Positions 11,917 through 26,505 of a DNA stretch of 64,000 nucleotides are shown piece by piece. The notes beneath the pieces are model-generated. The model was given only the letters and a program-made list of their open reading frames with translations. It was not told the origin of the DNA and ran no database searches. Source of the DNA: the human T2T-CHM13v2.0 reference genome, Homo sapiens; NCBI RefSeq assembly GCF_009914755.1, contig NC_060947.1, one strand, 5' to 3'. Position 1 is the first letter of the stretch. Every line of letters starts with the position of its first letter. The position numbers and the translations under genes were made by a program.

Positions 11917-14402
11917 TTTGAAGGTCTTGCAGCTATTTCAAACATTTCTAGTTTTCAAACTTATTTTGTTAAAAATTTGTGTTCATCTCTTTGGTGCTAT
12001 TACTATAGACTTTAAGTATTAACAGCCAAATACTCTAACACACAGCTATTCTAAAACAACACACAAATCTGATTGTTCATTATTTATTTTTGAAGATAAA
12101 AGGGTTACCCAAAATTTATTTTGAATTTTTATTTGGCTGCTTAGCTACTTAATGATAAATTCTGGTGACAGCTGGCATCTATTTCTACCCTAAACCCTAG
12201 TTTTGCCATTCTGATTCTGTTAGAATAGTCTCAGAAACCTGAACTTACAAGGAATTCCTTAGTAGTTTTCCTTGTCTTTCCTGCTTGTGGAAATTTAAAG
12301 AAAATTGAAAGCTGGATTCAAGAGCTCTTGCAAGGAGTGGGGCAAGACTTGTGGTAAATGCTAGAACAATAGGGATATAGAGAGCCATTGGAGTTGAATA
12401 GCCATTTGGAAGAAAAAGGAAATGGCCATGTTAAGCTGTCCAGCATGACAGATTCTCCTCTCATTTGTTCTTTCCCCTTCCTAAAACATTAACTCTCAGA
12501 GGTGTTAGATACCAATATACTTTATTATATACCATTTTCTATCAATTATTGATCATGGCTGTAATGTGGAGAATGGATTGGAGACACATCATTCACTAAG
12601 GTAGAATACCAAGGTGGGAATAAGGACTAAAAGATTTGAGAATTTTGGATCTGAAACACTTTTGAAAGCTTTAAGTAGAGATGCAAATAGGCATTTGTAT
12701 GAGCTCAGAGAAGACAGGGCAAAATAAGTCTTTTATGTATTTATTTATTGGTCCACTAAACAAAATTTTTAGCACCTCTATACTAGGTAATCTACCATAT
12801 TTTAAAAATATTCTTTATTTTAATTTTTAATTTTCTTAGGTATATGATAGGCAAGTATATGGGGTACACAAGATATTTTGATACAGGCAAACAGTGTGTA
12901 ATGACAACAGGGTAAGTGGGGCATCCATCACCTCAAGCATTTATCATTTCTTTGTGTTATGAATGTTCCAATTATACTCTTCATTTTAAAATGTACAGCA
13001 AATTATTGTTGACTTAACTCACCCTGTTGTTCTATCAAATACTGGATCTTATTCATTCTATGTATCTATGACTTTGTACCCATTAACCATTCCCACTATC
13101 CCCCTCAACCGTTTAACATTTTTCCTGATCAGTAAGGTGTCCAATGAGAAGTCTGCTGCCAGGTGTATTGGAGCTTCTTTGTATGTGATTTGTTTCTTTT
13201 CTTTTGCAGCTTTTAGGATGTGTTCTTTATCCTTGACCTTTGGGAGTTTGATTATTAAATGCCTTGAGATAGTCTTCTGTGGGTTAAATCTGCTTGGTTA
13301 TGTATAATCCTCTTGTACTTGAATATTGATCTTTCTCTAGGTTTGGAAAGTTCTTGGATATTATCCCTTTGAATAAGCTTTCTACCCCGTCTCTCTCTCG
13401 ATCTCCTCTTTAAGGCCAGTAATTCTTAGATTTGCCCTTTTAACACTATTTTCTGCATCTTGTAGATTTGCTTCATTCTTTTTTCTTTTATCTCCTCTGA
13501 CTGTATATTTTCAAATAGCCTGTCTTCAAGCTCACTAATGCTTTCTTCTGCTTTATTAATTGTTCTATTAAAATACTCTGATGCCTTCTTCAGTATGTCT
13601 ATTGCATTTTTCTACTCTAGAATTTCTGTTTGACTCTTTTTCATTATTTCAAACTCTTGGTTAAATTTATCTGATATAATTCTGAATTCCTTCTCTGTGT
13701 TTATCTTGAATTTCTTTGAGTTTCCTCAAAACAGCTACTTTGAATTGTCTGTTTGAAAGGTCACATATCTGTGTCTCTCCAGCATTTGCCCCTGGTGTCA
13801 TATTTAGTTTGTTCAGTGAGGTCATGTTTTCTTGAATGGTCTTGATGATTGTGAATATTAGTTATTGCCTAGGCATTGAATCATTAGGTATTTATTATAG
13901 TATTTGCCATCTGGGCTTGTTTGGACCCATCCTTCTTGGGGAGGCTTTCCAAGTATTCAAGGAGAATTCAGTGTTGTGATCTAAATCTTTAGTTACTTCA
14001 CCTGTATCTGAATTAAGGGGCACCCCAAACCCAGTAATGCTGTAATTCTTGAAGAGTCATAGAGATACTACCTTGCTGATCTTGGGTAAGATTCAGGAGC
14101 ATTCCCAGGATTATCAGGCAGACCCTCTTGATCTCTTCTCTTACTTTCCCCTATACAAATGGTGTCTCTCTCTCTCTGTGTGCTCAGCCTCTTGGGCTGG
14201 GAGAGGGGTGATACAAGCACCTCTGTGGTCACCACTACTGGCACTGTGCTTGGTCACAACTAAAGCCAGCAGAGCACTGGATTACACCCAAGCCCCACAG
14301 TGACCACTGCCTGGCTGTCACTAATGTTCACTGAAGGCCAAACGGCTCTCCAGTCAGCAGGTGGCTAATCCAGCCAGGTTTATGTCCTTCCTTTCAGGGT
14401 GA

Positions 14403-14760
14403 TGATAAGGTTGGCCTGTGTCCCCACCCAAATCTCATCTAGAATTGTAGGTCCCATAATACCCACGTGTCATGGGAGGGTCCAGGTGGAGACAACTGAA
14501 TCATGGGGGCAGTTTCCCCCATCCTGTTCTCATAGTGAGGTAATTTTCATGAGATTTGATGGTTTTATAAGGGGCTTCTCCCTTCACTGGGCACTCATTC
14601 TCTCCCGTCCTGCCCTGTGAAGAGGTGCCTTCCACCATGATTGTAAGTTTCCTGAGGCCTTCCCAGCCATGTGAAACTGTGAGTCAATTAAACCTCTTTC
14701 ATTTATAATTTATCTAGTCTCTGGCAGTTCTTTCTAGCAGCATGAGAATGGACTAATACA
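14403..14760 (+). mobile_element. THE1 MaLR solo LTR nested in L1
   Basis: TG...CA ends, 'tgtccccacccaaatctcatct', 'gagtcaattaaacctctttc'; 5-bp TSD GGTGA (14398-14402 and 14761-14765). Confidence 0.92.
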
Positions 14761-16099
14761 GGTGATGAACTCCGCCCCAGCCCAGAGCAGGTTCATACAT
14801 GCCATCTCGGAGCCAGGACCTGGAGTCCAGAACCTTAGGAATCTGCTTGGTGTTCTGTTCTATGGCTGAGCTTACACCTCAGCCCCTACACAAAGTCTTT
14901 CCCACTCTTCCATTTCCTTTCTCTCCTCATAGCTACCACCATCCCAGGCCCATGTTAAGTACTGCCTGACTATTGCCAATGTTTACTCAAGGCCCAAGGG
15001 CTGATTAGTCAGCTTGTGTGAATGCTGCCAGGCCTTCAGGGCAGGAGGCTCCCCTCTGGCTAAGTACAGACTTATAAATGCCATCCATGGGTCAAGGCTT
15101 GGAATAATGAACCCCAGGAGGCTGCTTGGTGCTCTTCCCCACTGTGGCCAATCTGGTCCCCATGCTGCAAGACAAAGTCCCCTTTTCTCTTCCATCTGCT
15201 TCTCTCAAGCAGGAGTCTCTTCCGATAGTCACAACGGCTGTGAATGTGCTGGGTTACAACTGAAGCTGGCACAGCACTGAACGTTACCCAAGGCCTGTGA
15301 CAAGTATTGCCAGGCTAACACTGCTGATTATTCAAAGTTCAAGGGCTCTTTAGTCAGCAGTTGATGAATCCTGCCAGGACTCAGTCCTTTCCTTCAAGAA
15401 AGCAGGTTCTCTTCTGGCCCAGGGTGTGTCTAGAAATGTTGTTTGGGAGCTAGGGCCTGGAATGGAGGCCTCAGGGCTCTGCCTGGTGCTCTATTCTGCT
15501 GAGGCTGAGCTGATATCGCAAGTCGCAAGACAAAGTTCTCTTTACTCTCCCTTCTCTTCTCTAGTGGAAGGAAGGAGTATCACCCAGACTTGGACGCGAT
15601 GCTGCCTGGGGTTGAGGGAAGGGTGATACAAGCACTCTGTTGGCTACCTCAGCTGCTATCTCATTAGGTCGCATGCAACCAGTGTGCATGGGCTCTGAGC
15701 TCAGCATTGGGACCTGCCCAGGAATTCCAGTACTTGTGGCCTAGACTGCCTTTCAATTTTATTTAGGATCCCAGAGCACTTAAGCCCACAGTGGTGGAGT
15801 TTGCCAGAGCTCAGATTCCAAGAGCTGGGATGGAAATTTGCCTCTGACTAGGGTCATTCTAAATGTTCCCTCCATGATCACCAGCTGAGTTCTGCCTCAT
15901 GTTGCTTTCCATTATTACAGGGCAGCACTATGTTCCAATGGAAATTCCCATAATCACTATGCTGTCTCTCCCCCAAGCCCACAGATTCTCCACACCATGT
16001 GGCCAGTGCCAGGAGATGGGAGAGTGGTGGCACTGGCAATTCAAGACTGTCTTTTCTACCCTCTTCAGTGCCTTTTTCCTTGATATGATGTTAAAACTA

Positions 16100-16427
<328 letters not shown>

Positions 16428-17164
16428 TCACTCACCTGATTTTTTATTCTTATGAAGGTGCTTTCTTGTGTGGATAGTTGTTCAATTTGGTGTTCCTATA
16501 GGGTGGACAATTACTGGAGCGTTCTATTTGGTCATCTTGCTCCACCTCTTCTCCCTCTACCATACTCTGGTAATGCTTATCCAAATAAGGATTTCCCCAG
16601 ACTTGTCCAGGTCAATGTTTGAAAGTTTAGATTTGAAAATGTAAAATGTCAGTCGTATGACTGTGCTGTGACTTGAATGGATTTTAATTGTGAAGTTTTA
16701 TAGACGGATTAGCGAAAGTCAAATTGTTAAGTGTTGCAGATTGAAGGCACATATAGAATATTGATGCTGAGGTGTTAAGCAGTATTTTTGGAAAGTTTGA
16801 CATTTAATGAACTGAAAATATCTGGTGTATATATTCAGCATCAAGGAAACGTGTTTTAAGATAGGGAAGATTAAGTAAAGAGAAGATTGGTTTTTGGAGT
16901 AACGATATGATAGAAGATGATGGAGAAAGAGATACTTCAGGGAGTAATTCTAGAAGGAGGTGAGAAGTGATAGGTAATCATAGGACTGATTGTTTTGAAA
17001 TGAGAAGAGTGCCCAACTTGGATGTTCTTTAAATATAAACTTCTATTATTATTATATAAAATGGTTTAGTGAGTAAGATCTCAAATGTAAGTAGAACAAC
17101 GTGTTTTTGTTAGTGTCTTCTTAGTTTGTAATAATAAAATCTTTCTAATATATATAAAATTTGA

Positions 17165-17580
17165 ATTAAAGATATGATGGGCACATATTTAGCCACCAGC
17201 TACACTCAACAACTTTGAACTTTATATTTTGCCAAATTTCTTTTCATGTATCAGTCATCTGTCTGTCTAGCATCTATCCAACAATCCTTTCATCCTTCCA
17301 TCCATCTTCCTATTTTTCTGAATCATTTGAAATTAAGTTATAAACGCAACAGCAGTATAACCCTAAATACTTAAGCATGTACCTCCTAAAAATTAGGCCA
17401 TTACCTTACATAATAACATATCATTACTCAGAAGAATTAAACATAATATCCTAATATTCAGTGAATATCTAGTTCATATTCAAATTTCCTTAATTGCCTC
17501 CCTCTATTTTATAGCTGACTTATTTCGAATCAGGATCCAACCACAATTCATGTATTGTAATTACCTTTATAGCTCCTTTA
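17165..17580 (-). mobile_element. L1MC4/5-like 3' fragment
   Basis: 'ccctaaatacttaagcatgtacctcctaaaa...catattcaaatttcc...gaatcaggatccaa'. Confidence 0.6.
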
Positions 17581-17583
17581 TAG

Positions 17584-17903
17584 TTCCTTTGCAGGAACAT
17601 GAATGGAGCAGGAGGCCATTATCCTTAGCAAACTAACAGAGGAACAGAAAATCAAATACCATATGTTCTCACTTATAAGTGGGAGCTAAATAATAAGAAC
17701 ACATGAACACAAAGGGGAACAACAGACACTGGGGCCTACTTGAGGGTGGAGAGTGGGAAGAGGGAAAGGATGAAAAAAAAGAACTATTGAGTACTAAGCT
17801 TAGTACCCAGGTGACTAAATAATCTATACAAAAAAAACCCATGACACGAGTTTACCTATATAACAAACCTGCACATGTAGGTTTGAACCTGAACCTAAAA
17901 TAA
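17584..17903 (+). mobile_element. L1PA13-16-like 3' end
   Basis: 'ggaggccattatccttagcaaactaac...tatataacaaacctgcacatgta'. Confidence 0.85.
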
Positions 17904-18262
<359 letters not shown>

Positions 18263-18325
18263 TAAAACTATCAATTTCACTTATTTTTTTCAGATATATT
18301 TGCAATGACTATATTATGATTCTTC

Positions 18326-18802
18326 TGTTGGTCAGAAATCATGGCAGGAAACGTATATTTAACCTGGGCATTTTGAGAACAGTTAAATAAAAAGACAATG
18401 CATAAAATGCAGACAAGGCTTAAGGAAATCAAAGAGAAATAGTATGGAATCCTGCGCTTTTAACCTAGGGGTGGCATCACCAACCCAGGGAAGGGGCAAA
18501 GAGAAGGAATAATTACTAGAACACAGAGAGGGTGGTTTTATAGTGAGGACCAACTGGCAGGAGCTGTGGTTTTCGGAGAGGAATGCAGCCAATCCAAAAT
18601 AGCCCAGTAGGAGAACCTTTTGGGTAGTAGGGATAATTGCTTCAATCTGATTTCCTTACTAACATTCGCTAATCTTTCATTTGGCCAAACCCAAATGGAA
18701 ACCGTAGGATAAGGAGGCTTGAAACTTTTGTGAGGCAGCTCTCCTAGGGCACAGGGCAGGGAAAAGAAAACAGGGAGAGACAAGTGGAAGATGCCCATCC
18801 CA
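18326..18802 (-). mobile_element. LTR41-like ERVL solo LTR
   Basis: 'ggcaggaaac...aaggggcaaagagaagg...caggagctgtgg...ttggccaaacccaaatggaa...gggcacagggcagg'. Confidence 0.6.
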
Positions 18803-19287
18803 ATTTTAAAAATGTAGTCTTTTAGTGGTTATTTCAATCGTGTCATTTGTTATTGTGTGTATGTTATGCTTTCATTTCTTGATTTGGTTACCTAGTGATT
18901 GTCCTCTTTTGCAATTTTTGTTTAAAAAGAAAACCTTATTTATTCCACTACCTTTCTGTTTTCAACCTTATTAAATTTTGCTTTTTTATTATTTCCTTTC
19001 TACTTTTTTGGTTTACTTTTTGTTCTTTTTCTCACCTTCCTGCTTGGATGATTAATTAATTTTTATTAATTCTTTTAGTCCTATTTTTTTCAGTGATTAA
19101 GGCCATGAATTTTTCTGTGTGCAAACTATATCCTGAGACCATTTCTATTATTTTGTCCTTTTCAAATCTCTTCCTTTGGACTGCCTGGGCTTATAATTTT
19201 ATAACTGCAGATATTGGAAATTGTAAACAAGCCTTTTCAGGGACACTAAAAATCAGAAATACTTTGTTATACATCAACAAATAATTA

Positions 19288-19600
<313 letters not shown>

Positions 19601-20084
19601 GAGTACACAGTAAATAACGGTCCTACAGTTATGAGAATTGGTGCTGGTGGGTTGTGATATAATTAGCAGTGACAATATTACAGATAGAATGAAAAGGTGC
19701 TATGGCTCAGGTAATCTTGGTAAAAGATTGGAATGCTCAGGAAGCTGCATTAGATGCCTGAACTCTGGCTCCAGTGACATCATGATACTATATGAAAGTA
19801 TAGCAAGAAAAAATGTTATCCGAAATGTGATAGGAAAAGAAATGCTGTATTTCTTAATTCTTTATAAAATATGTGATTTTCCTTATACCTGTGCATTACC
19901 ATATTAATAAATCAAGTATTAAAACTAGACATTTGAATATATCAAGTCTATCTCCAAAAAGGTTTTTATATATTCAAGTTGGAAGAAATACATTTTTTTG
20001 GTGTGTATATGGGGAGTGGTTCTCCTAACTGGGAAAAGAAGATAACAAGCTTAATTTGGGGTTCCCTTAAGAGCATGACTTTAA

Positions 20085-20905
20085 AGGTGAGTTATGTCCC
20101 TTACAAACTGTTTTCTTTGGGAAAGTTATTTAACTTCCTAAACTATGGTTGGTTACCATCATTGATAAGTTAGGAATATTGGTAATTTCTGTCCTATAAG
20201 AATGTTGTTAGAATTAGAAGTAGTTTTACATTTAAAGTACTTACCATAGTGTTTGACACATGGAAGTTAATTAGTATATTATTTAGAGATTAATTAGTAT
20301 ATGATTATTATTGTGTGTTTGTTTCTGCTTTCACCCTTTCCCATACTGGGGTTCCATGGATCCCAGGAGCAGAACTTACTCTATTTTAGTCTCCCAGCAG
20401 AGTGCTGAGCACAGAGTAGTTGCTCCGTAAGTATTTTTTTGAGTCATTTCGTTACTCCATGATGGTAAAGGACAGTGTAAACCACAAATTTAGGGATGGG
20501 GAAGTGAGGAAGGAAGAACAATAAATTATATTGCAAGAATTAAAATGGAAATGCACGCTAATCAATTTTAGGGGAACCCATTAGACTACAACTAATAGAG
20601 GAGTTAATGGAGGCAACATAATGGAGTTAATGGAGGCAGAAAGAACAAATGCTTTGGAGTTAACCTGCATTTTAATTCGATTTTCTTTGCTTTCAAGCTG
20701 TGTGTCCTTGAGGACGTTATTCGACAACACTGAGCTTCCATTTAAATGTCTATTATAAAATTTAAAGGTAAAACAATATTAAAATGGCTGGTAATTAAAA
20801 TGTCTAGTGCATGGTATTGTTCTAAGGATTAATTGAGATATTATGTGTCTGTGTCTCTGTGTCTGAGTAGTACTTAGGGTAATACATGGCATATTGTAAG
20901 CATCT
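20085..20905 (+). mobile_element. Cluster of MIR / L2-tail / MIR fragments
   Basis: 'ttgggaaagttatttaacttcc', 'agagtgctgagcacagagtagttgctc', 'gctgtgtgtccttgaggacgttatt'. Confidence 0.55.
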
Positions 20906-23199
20906 GATCGGTGTTTCTTCAAAGAACTTTGCTTGAACTTAAATACAATTTAGATCCTAGTTTTAGTTAAGCTCAGTTGACAAAGAAGTGGTTCTGTGAC
21001 AGTGAGCTAAGAGAGGTCCTTTAGTAATTTTTCGTAAAGTTCATTGTATGATTTTTATTCTATTTTCTGTATTTTCCCTGTAATCTACAAGGTGACATCC
21101 AATTTTGATGAAGAAGATTTTATTTTTTCATAATTCAAATCCTCAAAAGAAAAGAGAATATAAACCATAATATACTTCCTAAGAGTTGCATTAGAAAGAA
21201 AAGAAAGCTAATATTTTTGCTGTTAACACTAATACATGGAAAGTTGTGATCCTTCGGAACAAAAAATGATGCTGTTAGGCCATAGAATTGCTTGGCAGTA
21301 GACATGTGCATTTGTTCAGCATTCCTTGAGCCAAACACACTTTCTCATTTATTCTATTTTTCATTTAAAACATTTTGGTTTATATTTTTGAGCTATATTA
21401 GATATATAAATAGGCTTGCTAAATAAATATTTTCCCCAAATTCCATTACTACTCTTTGGGAAAAATAGCTCTGTTGCTCTTTTAATGTGTCAGAATTGCC
21501 CTCACCAAAAGATAAACTGCTGTGTTAATAGTCTGAGCAACCATTTGTCATCGCTGAAGTAATTATACTGGGAAACAGCTGACAGAATGCAACACTTTTT
21601 TGTAATGACATCAACGTTTTGTTACAAAGCAAGCCAACTCTTCACAACCAAGCCCAACTAATGGGTATGTGTCAGAGAAAGAGACTGTTTCGGGAGCAGA
21701 ATTTCAGGTGAATTTTTCCCTACCCTAGACATTCTTTTACCTCCCCTAGACATTTTTTACATTGATGAATGAGAAGCTGCCATTGTGCTCTATAATTATT
21801 GTCTGAAGAGTTATTTACTGACTGTTGAATACACTTCCAAATATTGATTATCTTGAAGGGATACAGTGAGTGTTCACAAAACACTCTTCTACTTTATTAA
21901 GCTTTAGAAGTTTAAGAAATGGTGAAGCCAATTGCAAACTCAGTCAAGCAAAGAACATGGAGAAGGCCGAGATGTCTGGTGTTTAAAGATTCACAGAAAT
22001 GTGTGTAACTCCTGAGGAATCAATATATGATCATTGAATGAAATAATAAATCTTCATAAATTCATAATGATGGAGAAAAGGAATAAAATAATGAAGTGCA
22101 AAGTAAAAAATTAAGTGATAATTCATGCTGAATTGCAATATACAATATTTATCAGGAAAACAAATAAAATATACTTGCAAAGTTCATTGGAATATAATTT
22201 AGGGTAGTAGTATTTACAGTTTCGTAAGTTAATAAAAAACTTAGTATTACTTATTTGAAAATAACTTCGGGAAATGGGGGCTATAAAATATGTTTTTCAT
22301 TATGGCTCTACATATTCTTTAGTTTCTCAAGCTAAATGGGAATATATATATACATACATATAGATAGCCTAGGTAAATTAAGGTTGTATATATATATAGT
22401 GATATACATATCAGATTACCATTACCTTTACAATTACATATTGAAATTTCATATAATTTGATATTGGCTGGCATATAAGATCATAGTAATCAAATCTCTA
22501 ATGCTACTCCAGGATTATAGATTGATAGATTGTTCTCTCATTTTTTTTCAAAGTTGCATTTAAATTTTCTCTCCATAGGTTTGGCACTGCTGGATTTTAT
22601 CAATAAGCTGTTCTCACTAAAAATTATTGTCACTAAAAATTGCATCAATGGTATAATTTTCAATCTAGACATTTATGATACTTTTTTAAACCCTACAAAT
22701 GGCCTTTTTAATATAACCAATCTATTCATAGCTGTCTACTCACAGCTAACCCGAAAAATTAAATTAGGTTTTTCTGCTCCTTAACAGGCCATTTATAACA
22801 CCACATTGGAAACTCCTAGGATATGGCACATACCTCATACTTCATACACATACTTCATAGCCTCGGAGAGAATGGTGAATGGATGGAAAAAGGGAGTTCA
22901 CATATTCAACGGGGCAACTTAAGACAGGGAGTCTCTGAAAACTGTGAGACAGTTGAGCTTCAAATCAAGCCTGACATCTAAGTTACTTAGCAAAATATTC
23001 AATTATTAGCTTTTATGAAAAATTGTTCAGATTCTTATAATGGATGTAACCTAAGGTAGAGTGATACGCAAAGATAACAGGGTGAGGAGTGTGAGGTGGT
23101 GGTTTCTAAAAGGCCTTCACCCATCTGAGTTCTCTTCATACCTTGTGCAGGTGTGGCCCTCTTCAAAAGGCTTTGGTTCAGTGATTGCAGTAAGAAATA

Positions 23200-23573
23200 A
23201 CATATACACCATGGAATACTATGCAGCCATAAAAATGATGAGTTCATGTCCTTTGTAGGGACATGGATGAAGCTGGAAACCATCATTCTCAGCAAACTAT
23301 CACAAGGACAAAAAACCGAACACCGCATGTTCTCACTCATAGGTGGGAATTGAACAATGAGAACACATGGACACAGGAAGGGGAACATCACACACCGGGG
23401 ACTGTTGTGGGGTGCGGGGAGTGGGGAGGGATAGCATTAGGAGATATACCTAATGCTAAATGACGAGTTAATGGGTGCAGCACACCAACATGGCACATGT
23501 ATACATATGTAACAAACCTGCATGTTGTGCACATTTATCCTAAAACTTAAAGTATAATAATAATAAAAAAAAA
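23200..23573 (+). mobile_element. L1PA3/4 3' end (5'-truncated)
   Basis: Nearly identical to 63712-64000; ends 'aaaacttaaagtataataataataaaaaaaaa'. Confidence 0.92.
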
Positions 23574-23874
23574 GAAGTGAGAAAGTTAAACCTAAGAGAG
23601 ACTTGTGAAATATTACAGTGAGATAAATTTTGGGGACATTTGGACAAAGTGTATCTTTTTTCAGTAACATGGAAGATGACTACAGCTTTGTTCTCATATC
23701 TGGTAAATATTATCAATAGCATGTCCTAGGATTCCACAATCCAGACCTTTCTCTCATCTCTCTGTTGGCTTAGGACCCCAAAATGCCTTAAGATTCTTGG
23801 AATTTAGAGCCAGAAAGAAATTTCAATATTACTGTATCCAAGTTACTGTGTTTCATAAATGAGTCTTGAGCTAA

Positions 23875-24560
23875 TAAATTCCTTCATTTATTCAACATCT
23901 ATGTATTGAAGCTCTCCTAGATGCCAGGCACTGAACTCATGGACTGCAATATCACAACTAAAAAGGTTCTCCTAACCACACTCTTTGCTCTTATGTAGTT
24001 TGCATTCTGGTAGAATGACACAGAAGAGAAAACCAGTCAATAAATAAATGAGTAGCATAGTTTCAGATAGTGGTGAATACTGTGGAGAAGATAAAGCAAG
24101 AGATGGACACAAGAATAAGGGAACACGCCTCGACAAGGAATGATATCTGCGTTGAGCTCTGAATGACAAGAAGGAGCCAGGCTTGGAGAGTTCAAGGTGA
24201 AGGATTTTCTGGCTGCTTCTCTGGCAAATATCACAAGGTAGGAATAAGTTGCTAAATTCAAATCAGAAAGCCGGTTTGCCTGGATCATAGTGAGGAATGG
24301 GGAGGAGAGAGACAAGTGGCTGTGTCAGGTATGGGCAATGGTTGTGTAAGGTATAGCTCTGTAAATCAGGCCAAGCGTTTTGGGTTTCATTCTTTGTTCA
24401 GTGGGAAACCACTGGAAAGCTTTAAGCAGGGAAGTAAAGTGATATATTTATTTTTAAAAGATTACTCTAGCTGTCCAAGGAGAAAGTAGTTCATTGGGTT
24501 TGGCATGTGAGAAATATAGGTAAGAGGCTATGCTATGATCTAAATGAGAGATAAATCCTC
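23875..24560 (-). mobile_element. L2 3' region
   Basis: 'ttcatttattcaacatctatgtattgaagc...tgccaggcactg...gggaaaccactggaaagctttaagcagggaag'. Confidence 0.75.
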
Positions 24561-24659
24561 AATCATATAGTGACTTACTGGCAGATCCTAGGGTAAAAAT
24601 TCAGGTTTCCTCCAACAACAAATGAATTCAGTACAGTTAAAAAATATCAAATAAAAGAG

Positions 24660-25205
24660 TAGTTAATATTTATTAAGTGCTTAGTGTTTGCCAGATCCTT
24701 TATAGGCATCTCTTTAACTGACTGTTTTCTAAGCACCATTTTATTTAGTATTTGTCGTAATTATCTGAGGTGGATTCTATTCCTTCTATTTTACAGATGA
24801 GGAAACTGAAGCCTCAAGAATTTAAGTGTGTTTCCCATGTTTACACAGATAGCAAGTGACAGAGTCGCAGGGTGGGGGCTAGAACCTAGACTGGCCCAGA
24901 ACCCATAAGCCTCAAAGACCAGTCTCACTAGTTGTAGTGAGGGGCAGATAGTAGAGTGGCCATGCAGGTGGGTATTGGAGCCAGAAAGCCTGCATTCAGA
25001 TCCCAGCTCTCTTGCTTATAAACCCTGTGACCTTGGGTGAATCACTTCATTAACTTCTCATTGCCTTTATTTCCTCATCTATAAACTAGGAAGAAGAAGA
25101 AGAAGAGTAGATTATGCTTCATAGACTCGTTGATTTAACATATGCACAGAGTTTAGAATGGTGTTTGGCACATAGGAAGCATTTAGCAAATACTGTCATT
25201 GTTAT
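24660..25205. mobile_element. Two MIRs (- then +)
   Basis: 'ttttacagatgaggaaactgaagc' (-) and 'ctgtgaccttgggtgaatcactt...tttcctcatctataaa' (+). Confidence 0.75.
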
Positions 25206-26324
25206 TTAGTCACACCATGTGAATGTGAGCCACATTTTAGACTATAATGCAAAGAAGCTCCTCCCTTCATCTTCTGGGTAACTGAAATGCTCAGCCCAGA
25301 GCAGGGCCTCAAGAGACATTTGTTTGAAGATACCGTTTTCTTGAAGCCAGGTGAACTTCTTACTCATTTGGATTCCAGGTGAGCTGGGAGGAAGTATGCA
25401 AGTGATCCATCTCTGCTAGTGTTCCCTAGTTTTGGGTGTGTCCCCCCTTGGAAACTGCCTTGTCTAGGGGGCAACTGAGTAACTGCCACAGTTTCATCCT
25501 CAGAACAAGAGGAGGGGAAGGAGAGCATCTGGGAGGAAGTGAGTCCTGGGGATCGAGCTTCATGTCAGGTGGTGGTTAGGGAAATTGTTTTTAGAGAGGT
25601 CCCTCCTCAGGCATAAAAACAAAGAGAAAAATATTTAAGGCTTTCATTTTCAGGTAACATTTCAGGGAGAGCCAGATACTCTAGATTCAGAACGAAGACA
25701 AAGATCCAATGACCTAACGAGATTCTAGAACTTTTGTAATGTGATTGCAATGTTTGCTATATTACATCCTTTCTCCTCCCCGTGTTCCCATGGTGATTAG
25801 TATTATAATAAAACTTGGGAAAGAAAAAAAAAAAGAGAAATAACATGAAGTGGCCACAGGAAGAGTGGTTTACAGTGGCTCATCCTGTGCTCTGGATCAG
25901 CACCATTACCTAATGTGAACCCACATGGCCAAGGGCTATATTTAGCATCAAGCACCCTCTTTAGTGACAGATCTTCTAAACACTAGATCCCATGACAATG
26001 TAAATCATAGATAAAAGCCACCATTGAAGATTAGTGTGTGTAAAAACTTTGATATAAATCAGATGCATTAAACCAATAAACCAATGCATTCCTGTCAGAT
26101 ATGAGGAAAGCCAGGATCAGGGAAATTAAATTAAAAGGTCACACACTCATATACTGAGTAATGCAAACTTAAATCCTTATCCTCTAATTCCTGGTCTTGG
26201 TTTTCTTCATGTACACATCATTCTTTTGATTCTCTGGAAAGAATGTTAACTAATTCTGTGTACCAGTTCATCCACAGCTTTTTTAATGCTATTCTTTCTA
26301 CTATTAACTCTGCTACTAATTTTA

Positions 26325-26505
26325 GGTAATACTTTTAAGTACTCACTATATGTCAGGCCCTATTAGAAGTTATTTCCATATGTTACCTATTTTAATCCTC
26401 ACAAAAACTTCAGGATAGATGTTATAATCTCCATTTCATAGATGAGGACATTGAAATTCAGAGGGGTTACATAACTTGGTCAAGGTTATAATGCTAGTAA
26501 TTGTT
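26325..26505 (-). mobile_element. MIR
   Basis: 'tttaatcctcacaaaaac...ccatttcatagatgaggacattgaaattcagagggg'. Confidence 0.7.

Noticed and set aside
20600-20639. 16-bp direct repeat ggagttaatggaggca
   Set aside because: Ordinary short tandem duplication.
23200-23573. Near-identity with 63712-64000 suggesting a local duplication
   Set aside because: Explained by two independent insertions of the same young L1PA subfamily.
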